A stretch of 44,655 nt of DNA, filler included, from Streblomastix strix (lineage: Eukaryota), in assembly GCA_008636045.1 (NCBI GenBank). It is 2 parts of 2 records of this genome, joined end to end, with 100 filler letters (N's around TTAATTAATTAA, not from the genome) between each part and the next. Parts side by side here need not be neighbours in the genome. Positions count along the whole stretch, not along the records: positions 22,397 to 44,655 come from SNRW01000330.1; 1 more part is not named here. One strand, written 5' to 3'. Every line of letters begins with the position of its first letter. The stretch's first letter is position 1. The notes beneath the pieces were generated by a model that was given only the letters and a program-made list of their open reading frames with translations, was not told where the DNA came from and did not search any database. This document shows positions 25,301-36,627 of this stretch, piece by piece. The position numbers were made by a program, and so were the translations under genes.

Positions 25301-28300
25301 ATCAACATCCGTTATATTCAGGACTATGATTCTTAGTAATGTATTAAAGAAATAATTTATATCAACTGAAAGAGGATGTTCAATTTCTCTGTAGACAACT
25401 TCATTTGAGAATATTCAGGAATAAAATGAACCAATAATTTATCTTCCAGTCGAAGCAAATATACCATGTGAAATGCATAATACAACAATTTTGGGATATG
25501 GGAATTAAAAAGCAGAGAGTTCGTCAGTGATAATAGAACATTATGGGGGCGGGTTGGCAACTCTGAATAACTGCAACTTCAAATTTAATATAGTAAATTC
25601 TTAAGGCACAAATGTATTCGGGGCTGCACTTACAATACAATTCAACATTGGAGGATTAACATCAACTGCTGTTGAACTTACAAATTGTGTGTTTGATACT
25701 AATATTGGTGAATGCTGTGGAGCTATTACAATATAAGGAGTATCAACTGCGCTAACAAGTTTATTGATCACATCTTGCACATTTATGAACAACGTTGCAT
25801 ATGCATTCTACAAGAACCCTTCAATTGTTTATGCCAATGATATATACTTTGATATGTCAAACGTACAAAATTTCCTAGGAAGTTCAGAATCTACAATTTT
25901 CACTGATTGTGTCTCATATTCAGTTACTCCTAAGATTAATTATCTTCAAAACATTGGTTCACCAGCTGATAATGTACTTGGAAATGGCTCATCTATTACT
26001 GGACCAAGTTTCATATATGTTTCAGGATCAGGAAGCGATTCAAATGGAACAGGAAGTATTAATAGTCCTTATTAAAGTTTACCTTGGGCTTATGCTAGAG
26101 TTGATAAGAAAGTATTTTCGTAGATATTTGTTCAAATAGGGCTATTTGATATAAGTTACATAGTTATGAATAATGTGAAAATCTTCATACAAGGCGCGGG
26201 ATATGCATTAAGCACACTTACAAATAAAATAATGAAAGAATAAGGAATGTTTTGGCTACAGTCCGGTGCTGTTATGCATCTTGAAGTATAAATTTATATA
26301 TCAATAATTATTTCATTTTTACTAATTCTTACTCTTATTATTATTCTTATTCTTATTAATATATTTTAGGACTTTACATTTATACCTGCTCAATGTTAAA
26401 GTGAAAATGCACCAATGTTCGAAGTGAGTGAAGGAGGTTTAATTAGAATAAGAAGATGCAATATTAGGTATGATTATTAAATATTAATATTAATTTATTA
26501 TTAAACAATAATATTTTAGAATTTAAATGTAATAAGTTATTAATTTCAAATAATTTAATTAATTGTTATATTTTATGTATAGGAGTGAATTTATTAATGG
26601 TTAATTGCCAGATGTAAAAACAATATTCTTTAACTCTCGTATGAATTACTAATTAATTATTATATTTTTACTTATTAATTAATAATTATTATTTTTATCT
26701 TATTAATAAATTATAAATATTTCATATTTTTAATCTGAAATTAAATAATTTAGCAATTCTTCGTGTAAATAAGGGATCTGGAAGTCTACTTGATATATAT
26801 ATTTATTCTATTTGTATGATTAAATATTATAAATTTAATTCTCCAATTTATTTAATTATCCTTAAAAAAGCTATTTATTATTATTTTATCCTTTCTATTC
26901 AATTTATAATTAGACTTTTCAAAATAATCGCCGTTTCAAATTCTTCTTGGTGAAGATGATTTGGACTGGAATTCTTCATCTCTACCTCAGCGACTATAAG
27001 ATTCTTATGAATACTAACAATCAGGTATATAAATATTGTGTAATATTATGTAATTTTATTTAATTAATTTTTTATATATAAATAGCTAGTGCAATAACTT
27101 AAAACACGAACATGAAAAAATTCGAAATAAATAACATTACACTCTATCAGGTATTAAATGAATTAATATATTTTTATGATATTAAATATATTATATATTA
27201 TTTTTCTATTATTATTTATTATTATCAATTAATAATTAATAATGTAGGTAATACCATATAAAAATGTTTTGGATGGAGGAATAGAAAGTATTAATTAATT
27301 TGATGGAGATAGACATGAATTCTACCCATCTATAAAAGTATCAACATCACCAAGATCTAATTTTATTTTGAAAGCATGTGTATTCTAATCTTGTACAGGT
27401 ATTACATAGGAATTGATAATTGATAATTAATAATAATAAATATTAATTAATTCAATATTTTGAATTTTCTTATAATAATCTTCAATATTATTTTTTTTTT
27501 CAAAATATAATTATTTGATATGTTATTAGGAGTATAAATCACATGCAATTAATCATTCTGGTAAAATGATTATTAATAAAGAGGATAAATTCTGATATAA
27601 AACAACATATTCAAGAATATTAATCAATTTATTATAAATAATGGATCATCGACAATAAATATTTAACCAGGATGGAACTATTCAACAATATATTCAGATG
27701 ATATTACACGATCATTCTATGGTTGTCTTTATTTCAAGGAAGATAAATCTAACTGGCCAGGTGATAAATCTACAATTGGTTCTATTAATAACATATTATC
27801 TAGTGGATCATTAAATCCATATAAATCTGGATTATCATTAAGTCAATTGATATTTGAGGCGAATAGATTCACAGGAAGTTGTGCAAGAGAATCGCATCGA
27901 GGAGTCACTGAGATATTATTTGATAGTGTTGATTTATATGAACTTATTTTAGATAATCAGAAAATATCAACTGATCTTAATGATTTAAAAGCTGGATTAA
28001 TAATGAGTAATAATATTTATGGTGGATAAATGGGTGGATTGACAAGTATTGATATTATTGTCATGGGGTATATAAACACAATTGATGGTTTGATAATATT
28101 TAAAATATTAATTTTATTAAACATTATTATATTAAATTATTTTAATAATTATTTATTTTTCTTTATTTTTTCTAAAATTTAGTTAATAAATAATACATCA
28201 TATAACCACTACAAAATTATTCTGATTATGGTTCAACTTGTGATCCTGCTTTATCTGATTTTTGTGATAGATTGATGCATTATATGTATGATATAATAAT

Positions 28301-30520
28301 AAAATTATTATCATTGTTAAAACTTAAAAATAAATATCAATATTTTTTTTTAAAATTGACTTTTAATTATCTTTATTTTTATTCAGTCCTAGGTCAGAAT
28401 GGAATACTAATATTAATTTTGTTCCAGCAACAGTTGATCCTTCTAAAAATATCTTCACTGAATTAATTTAGAAGAGTTTAATCCAATTTGCACCACTTGA
28501 AGCAACTGAAGATACAATTGACAGTGTTTGGTAGATTGAGTTATAATAAAAAGCTATATATGAAGAGATTGCAATAATGGTCCCATTCGGGCATGTCTCC
28601 ATCAAATCGGGAGACTCATTTTCAAACTCGGATACAGTAATCCGACCGAAGGTATTCACTATGACGCCGGACCTACAGTAGGAAGCGGACTTAGGGTTTT
28701 CCGTAGACCCATACGAATTCCCATTGCTTGCAGTAGAGAATTAGGGTTAGCTATCAATTTCAAAACTAACTATTGAGCATTACAGGGAGAACACTATGTT
28801 CAATCTGTGTGTTTTGAATCACAATGCGGAGACCATTTGGACTGACATCATCTTCAGACCTCATTCTGATCGTTTACCAGATCTCAGATACACATTACCA
28901 TATGTATATATGCTGAGTGGCACTCACACTTTCAATTCAGTTATATTTGAACCTACGCTTATATCATAAACAGCTGTTAGTAGACTACACTTTGAATCTG
29001 GGATGATACAATTTTTGGGTGTTGGAAAACTATTGGCAACTTTTACGAAATGCTAATTCATTGATATTGATCTTGATTCAGGTGTTGGTGCAGCGATCAA
29101 ATCAAATGGGTTTAATTTGATTATTACTGATTGTTTATTCTAATCTACACCTTCTTTAATAACTGCATCTATTAATAAGAATCATTAATAAAAGAATTAA
29201 AAATTAGATAATTATTTTCCACCATCTATTACGAATGCTGTGTATAAATTAAATAAAAGAAATCATGAATAAAAAATGCAACCTATAGTTAATGAAGTTT
29301 CTTCCCCTCCAAATACAGCTGCAGATATTCAATTAGTAGAAACATGTGGATGGAATCAAGGATATGTAAGTATAGAAGAATATGAGAATGAGAAAGCTCA
29401 TAAGGAGAGTATAATTAATGGAAGTACTCATTTCATTGGACTTTAGAATGGCGCACTTCATATCTATAATACTAAAGTCTCAATTGATAAAAATGTTATA
29501 TTCAGCGATAATATATCGCCATTACCTTAAACAGCACTTGCTAAACCTACAATGTAATAAACTTAATCTTCATCTTCATCAGGAAATAAAACCAACTCTA
29601 CAAAATCAAATCAAATGAATAATATGAATAAAATATTGAAGAATAATAAGATATTTAATGAAGGAGAATAATAATAAGATGATGAATGGGAATAATTTGA
29701 TCCATTGCTTCGTGGATATACATCAGCAACTGAGAACACTCTTTATAGAAGGAATATCCTCTGTGGTCATGGTAGTGAGATTATAGCAGATTCAAATTCA
29801 TTCTCAGAAGATGGAATTCAAGGAGATTCACTTTGGATTCTGAAAACAAATGAAGGAAACACTTCATATTATTAAGGAACTGATCAACTTATTCCTTAAT
29901 GCAAACTTATAGGAACAGTTGAAGAGAAACCTTATTCTTTATTTGTGCCAAAAATAGAGAATGCAAATGCAAAAGAATCAAAAGATAAATATGGAGCAGA
30001 TATTACTATCAAAGGAAATCATTTTGTGAGATGTGGGATGATGCAATATGAAATATGCGAGTATGAAAAATCAAAAGAAGAAATAAGTAAGAATGTTGAT
30101 ACACCTCCGACTGAAGAAGAAGCTACTTCTGATCCACATGAAGAGCATTGCCAAAGGAAAATGATGGAATATGCACTTGATTGGAAGAGTGAATAAGAGA
30201 TTGTGATTCAATCACGATATAAGGTTGTTCGTAAGTGGAAGAAGATGGATGTTAGAATAATATATGGAGAAGGACAATCAACTGAGACATTCGTAGTATC
30301 TACTGAGAATATGTCTGCTGGTTTGATTGTTGCAATGACTCTCGTTATTATTGTCTTGGTATGTGCAGGAGTTGGTCTTCTGATTGGTTTTATCTACTTC
30401 AATCACAAAATGAAAGCTTAAAAGATCGAAGCTAGAAAACATGAAGATGAATAAATGATAATGGATACTAATCCAACTATTGAAAATGAAAATAAAGAAA
30501 TATTTTAAATTTAATACTGA
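22398..30520 (+). CDS. Giant type-I membrane surface protein with repeated pectin-lyase-like (right-handed beta-helix) modules; 5'-truncated, >2300 aa, 9 introns between 26287 and 28386
   Basis: Four in-frame module caps: IYVSEVGND..GTQSSPFRTLKYAI (22743), KYVRSGGNDDNSG (23931), RYVNKQTGKD..GTEEKPYSSLSYAI (24912), IYVSGSGSDSNGTGSINSPYQSL (26013). Repeated C.F..N beta-helix motifs. TM segment LIVAMTLVIIVLVCAGVGLLIGFIYF. TGA 30518-30520. Confidence 0.85.
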
Positions 30521-31114
30521 AAAGATAAACCAGCTACACATATTCAACTGATTGTGATTTTATGTTTTGTTTTTGTTTAATATTTCACATTTCAATTTTA
30601 ATTTTCCTCAATATTTTAATATTAATTTTCCTCGATAATTTTTAATCAACATATTTTCTTTTGTATTTCGATAATTTATTAATTTGCTGAAGTATTTTTT
30701 TAAATTTGTTTTTCATATTTTATTTTGAATTATTACTTAATAAACATTCAAATTTCTATTAATGAATATTAAATGATGTACTTTCCACGATTATCTTAAT
30801 GGTCATAAGAATGCAAATAGTAAAAGAAAAAATAGATCTCGATAAAAACCGAAAAAGTTTAATATTAATTTAGAAGACTCAATAATTTTAGTTAGTAATT
30901 TTTATTAATAAAACAAATTTGATTCTTTGTATTTACCTTCTTCTTTAATTATTAAATATTATTTTATATTAGAAGAATATATATATTTATTCACATATTT
31001 AAATAAACAAAATAGACTTTAGATAAATAAATAATAAGATAATATAAAATGCCTATATGTGTAGTGGTTGATGTTCTATTAAATTAAATAAAGCCTAAAA
31101 AACTACAAGAAACT

Positions 31115-32862
31115 TCAAGTGCGGATGGAAGCAGCCTTAGATCTGATCATGATGTTCTTGTGAGCTTTGAGCTTCTCTAAGTTGTCCATTGCATTACATC
31201 TCTGCATAATAGTAACACATTCCTTATACCATTCCTCTGCATATTTCTTCTTATCTTATTCATCACCACTACTATCCTGCATATTGTGATGAAGGAGATC
31301 AAAGAATCGAGCAATGAGGACTAATACCCAACATATGCTGTGCTCATCAGATTCTCTGGTGATGTCCATGTATGAAGCTAGGAATGCTAGTCCTCCAAAG
31401 TCAATCATTATCTTCTTCTTGTCCTACAATGTGTCTACTTCTAATATTGATCCAAGCACTTCCACACACCAATATCTTATACCTCCAGATGTATATTCTA
31501 CTTGTGCATCTTCTATATTCTCTACATCAACTGATGATTGTGAATCACTTTATAATACATCTGAATCTTCATCAATTTTATTCACTTACTCATCTTTATT
31601 ATCAACATCATCATCATCTTCTTCATCATCATCTTATTAATCAGAACCAGATGCTTCTCCTTCTTTCAATTCTGCTCTCCTCAATGAAGGATGATTCTTC
31701 AGATCTCCAAACACTCTTAATCCCCATTCAACAACCCTTGGAACTAATAATGGTGCTTCAATTATATGTTATATTGCATCTGGGTTCTTGTATAGTATAA
31801 GTCCAATCATTCTTATTGCATTCTCTACAATAAACAATCTGGTTCTAATTCGCTTCAGTAATAGTTGATCAGGATTCCTAGTTGTGAGTGTAGTATCCAA
31901 TCTCTGTTATACAGTCATTTCCTTAGATGCAATATCAATCCATTCATCAACATCTGATAGTTCTCCTTAATTCCCGCCTTTCTATAGAATCCCACCTAAT
32001 GATTCTAACATTCCAAACTCTGTGAATAATCTGGTTCTTAATGCATCATCTCTGGATGTCATCTCACATAGTGTTCCCAATGCAAATCCTGTTCCTGACC
32101 AGAATTCAGCTTTTTTAGCTGTTGGGACAACAACTTCTTTGGTTTGTTCATCTGTGAATGCATACCAGTTCACTTTTATTAATAGTAATAATATATAAAC
32201 ATAGTTATTATTAAATGAATATTATATTATACCTCTATTAAAGCATAAACAGTTAATTCCATGCAATATTGAAGCTGCCATTTTCTTCTCATTATCATCA
32301 GACATATTAATCCTCTTTAATGCATCACAAAGACATGAACCAATTGGCTTCAATATTGGGAGACTCAATTCACGCACTTTCCCTAATAATGAGAGAATGA
32401 GGGATGTTTAGAGCTTGATACGATCAGGCAAATTACCACTAAGGATCTTCGTCTGCAGTAATTCTGTCACTTTAGACTTAAGAAAGGCTGTTGCTACAAA
32501 TTGCCTTTGTTTCGTCTCACTTTCGGCTGTGATCTCTGCTAAATGTATTAACAGTGGATACAACTCTTCAATATTAATATGAGCTTATTTTTGCAATTAT
32601 GCATGTATCTGGTGAACAATTTTGAGAAGGCCAGGTTGTAAGTCTTTACGCACAATGAGTATTCTGATTAATTTTTTGAACGCAGCATCTTCATCTATTT
32701 ATAATGGCTAAATATATGAAAAATTGAAGAATAATTTAATATTTATAAATAAAAAAATGGGATTTATACCTCCTATTCCATTTCCTCGCGTGTTTTCTCT
32801 TCATATTCGTCGAATACTTATTTAATGGTCTTGAGTTGCACAGAACTAGGCGGTCTGATCAT
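31115..32862 (-). CDS. Alpha-helical ARM/HEAT-like repeat protein (~540 aa; introns 32708-32769, 32173-32232)
   Basis: Open spliced frame from MIRPPSSVQLK to IRSKAASIRT*. Amphipathic helical repeats, an acidic loop, and C-terminal AMDNLEKLKAHKNIMIRSKA resembling the last ARM repeat of importin-alpha-like proteins. Confidence 0.75.
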
Positions 32863-33117
32863 TCTTAAAGGAATGAAATATACTGAAATTAAAATTAATC
32901 CAATAATACAAAAATTTATTGAAATATAATTAGAAAAAAGGTTTTTTTAAAAAATATTTTAAGTTATGTGTTTCACAGATGTATTAAAATTAAAACTTAA
33001 TTTATACATAAAACTTCAATTAAATTATATTATTTACGCAATTATTGAGTAACAAAATTGTAAAATATATTTTATTACGTGCAATACAAAGCTTTTTATG
33101 TTTGGAATAAATTTTGA

Positions 33118-33794
33118 GATAAGGATGATGCATCATCAAATGCAAATAGTAATAAGGGCTATAATGAAATTATAAACGTTATTTTTGTTGGTTTTATCAA
33201 TAAAAAGAGTTAAAATGACGATGGCAAAATACAATTTGATGCTCTTCGAAGTGATGGCTCAAAAAATCTTTGTGAGCACGCATATCGCTTCGGCGAGCAC
33301 GCGCAACAGCTAAGATACACGTTAGCAGCACATAAGCACAAATAACAGCCAGTACAATTGGCAAGTACACTGAGAACCAAGAATGAGCAACAGAAATTTG
33401 ATTAGGCCTCCTTGGATGAACAGGTCGGAATTTTTTGGGATGGACTTTGAATCTGATGTATGACAGACAATTTTGATCAATTTTCTTTAAAAATATTTTT
33501 ATTTTATTTCTGTATATTGATTTATTCAACTTTTTTTACAAAATTAATATTTTGCTGTTTTCTCAGAGTATGAATAGTAATAGTGGTAAACGATATAGTG
33601 GTAATCGATATGAAGCTCAGCAATGCTTATTGGCGCCTAATGCAGAAGAACTTCCCTTGCCGAGCATGCGATTGCGGCAACGGGTTATAAGTAATGTGCG
33701 CACTAAGACCGAACAAACTTAGACATCATAGAAAGAGATTGCACTTGCTAACCTTTGTAAAGCGCTTAATATCAGATAGCAAGGGTCATAATGA
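33118..33794 (+). CDS. Hypothetical protein, start codon unresolved (probable intron 33424-33566)
   Basis: GC-richer frame NDDGKIQFDALRSDGSKNLCEHAYRFGEHAQQLRY...LDEQ|SMNSNSGKRYSG...LCKALNIRQQGSQ*. No in-frame ATG was found upstream before a TGA. Confidence 0.4.
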
Positions 33795-34248
33795 GTGGTT
33801 AATATATTTTAGTTGGGCAAGATTAGCAACAACGGGAATGGAAGTTTGGTATGGATTTAATAGTTTTGATATGAATTTCCTTTAGTTTTGTTCTTTTTTT
33901 AGCAGTAAAATGGTAAATGACAATAATTTACAATTTGTTGGTTTAAATTCACTACATATACTTTTTTTTATCTTAATACAAATTGTATTTTATCAATTTT
34001 TGATCATAAATTAATAATTTTTTTTTGCAAATACTATTTCATATGTTCCACAAATTAAAAGAGCTCGATTTCAATATAAATTTAAAAGAATAATATTTTT
34101 ATTTATTTAATTCTGTTAATAATAGAGGTTATATTAATGTAAATAAAATGATTATAGACAATTAAAATTATTAAAAAAATATTACAGATAAAAAATAGTT
34201 ATTGAGTAACTATACCTCTTTTCTTATTCATATTATATTTTATTATTA

Positions 34249-35917
34249 TCAATCTTCTTCATTTTATAATATATTAGATGAATCAATATATACATTTTAT
34301 AAATAATGCTTTGCTTAATATTCCCATTCATCCCATTAAAATTCCTAATTTTATTACTAAGCTTCAATCTCTTCATTCATTCCTTCAATTTCTATTTATT
34401 CTTCAATTAATCTAAAAAGTTTCAGCTGCTGCCCAAATTTTGGTACTTTTTTATCATGTTCATTATCTCTGCCTATAATAGTATCATATATGAATTATGT
34501 TAATTCAGAAAGTGAACTTTAAATTTCTTAGTTATTTAAATTCATCAACCCACCAGCAGAGGATAAATTTAATAATAAAGAATTTGGATACCCTCCAACA
34601 GTAAGTAATTTCATTGTTTATATGTCTCCATAGTTTCTGATTGAATCTAAACTAACTCTACTTCTATATCTTATCCATTAAGCATCTTTTGTTTATTGTT
34701 CATTAATATATTTACTAAGTTAGTATTTATTCAGTTAAATAAGTGAATTAATAAAATTTTAATTGTGGCGCACTTATTGACTGGTGTATTTATTGTCTAA
34801 TAAAAAATTGAAAAGAAAGTTTGTAGTAGTTTTTGTGATTTGAATCAATGGCTATGAAAATTGTTATTATTAATTCATCTTCTAGATCTAATTGTGAAAT
34901 GTGTGAAAATCATTGAATTTGTCAAAGATGGATTAGAAGTGTTGAAATATATTTTCTTATTTAACGAAATATTTATCAATATCTTCACATATAGATAAAC
35001 TGTGCAGTACTTCATATGCTGATGATTGAAGTAAAATTAAATTTGGAGTTAATGAAACTTTTATGCTTTATTGACATTTGAATTATTCAGAACAGTTGAA
35101 ATGAATTAATGGTGAAATTATTTCCTGGAATTTAATTATTTCTGTTAATTATTCATCACTGTTATATAATAATTTTCCAAATGAATCTAACGTTTTTGTC
35201 AATGATTAGATTCTATTATCATTCTAATCTTAATTTTTTTCTTTATTTCTTTTTTATATTGAATCTTTCTCTTTTATTTATATTCTTTTTATTAAAGCCT
35301 AAATATTTCTCATTATAATTATTGATATAAGCACCAGCATATTTTCATTATGTTTTTTATATCTATTTATATTCAAATATGTTCTTAATATTTACTCAGT
35401 CAATAAAGAAAATGAATAATCTTCGTTTTTATTGATTTTTTCATCTTCAATAATTTTCTTTCTCAGCAGTGAATTAAATTTCTTAATTGGTTCATAACTT
35501 TCCAGATCATTGTATAATGAAATGCGATTTGAAATATATTCAACAATATTTAGTAATTCCTTTTATGGAGCTGATGTGCATTAATCTATTTTGTTTAAAA
35601 TTGTAGATAATGTTTTAAAATCAAATATTTCTTTAATAATTTCATCATTTTAACTTTAATATTTGATTAATAATTCGTTCAATTTGTGTGTTTTTTCATA
35701 AATAAATTGATGTTTGGATTCAAATATATCTTCGATTACTTTTATTTCTGACTTTCTTCTTTCGTTGATAGCATCATCTTTTATAAAAAAAATTATAATA
35801 AATAATATAATTAAAAAAAATATTATATTAAATAGCAACTTCTTATTTTTATATAAATATACCTTTCTCTTCATTAGAATCTTCAAAAGAATACCTGGCT
35901 TTCTTGTTAACATGCAT
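34249..35917 (-). CDS. Hypothetical helical protein (~527 aa; intron 35778-35862) of a lineage-expanded family
   Basis: MHVNKKARYSFEDSNEEK|DDAINE... is open to TGA 34251-34249. C-terminal LSSAGG...EI...GR...LFRLIEEQIEIEGMNEEIEAQ recalls a multicopy Streblomastix hypothetical family (from memory, unverified). Confidence 0.75.
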
Positions 35918-36210
35918 TTCTGTAGTTATTTTAATTATATTTATTATTTACTTGTACATATAAAATAAAATATTATATTTAAATGAGTAAAATTAAATCA
36001 GTTCGTGATATACATGAAAATTAACTAAAAAATAGCATAAGCTAGTTTTAATCTGTATTTATAAAAATAATTATATAAAATATTGTTAAATAAATTTTAT
36101 AAAAGAAATATTTCAAAAATAAATTTAATATAATATAGTTATTGCTATAAATTGAGTGAATGTAGTGAATGATATAAAGAGTAAAAAATTCTTTCTTAAA
36201 GATCTTTATA

Positions 36211-36311
36211 TAGTAGAATTCGGTTAATTCGTACCACGGTTAATTCGTATTCCATTATAATTCGTATGAATTTTTAGAAAATTTGTAGATAAAATTAAAC
36301 GAATTCTACAG
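36211..36311. mobile_element. Pogo/Tc1-mariner-type MITE (101 bp) with 19-bp imperfect TIRs and TA target-site duplication
   Basis: Left end TA|TAGTAGAATTCGGTTAATT; right end reverse-complemented TA|CTGTAGAATTCGTTTAATT (16/19 identical). TAATTCGTA occurs three times near the left end. Confidence 0.7.
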
Positions 36312-36627
36312 TAGTTATCAGTCAATTACTTTTATAAAAATCGGCCCTGGTCAGCCATCATTATAATATTTAATATCATATTTAAATATATGTATTAATA
36401 TTTATTCTATATATTTAAAGCTCCAATATATCCTTAGGGTGTGAGGAAACATGTGTTTAAAATATAATTATTAATAACTTAATTATTGTAAGATTTACTC
36501 ATTTAATATTGCTACATTCTTGTTATTTCCACATTAACTCTATAAATTGCATTAAACATCCTTTCTTTGTTTATTTTTGTTTTATATTTACATTTTTTTA
36601 TTACATTTTTGTTAGATTTTTGTTTAA

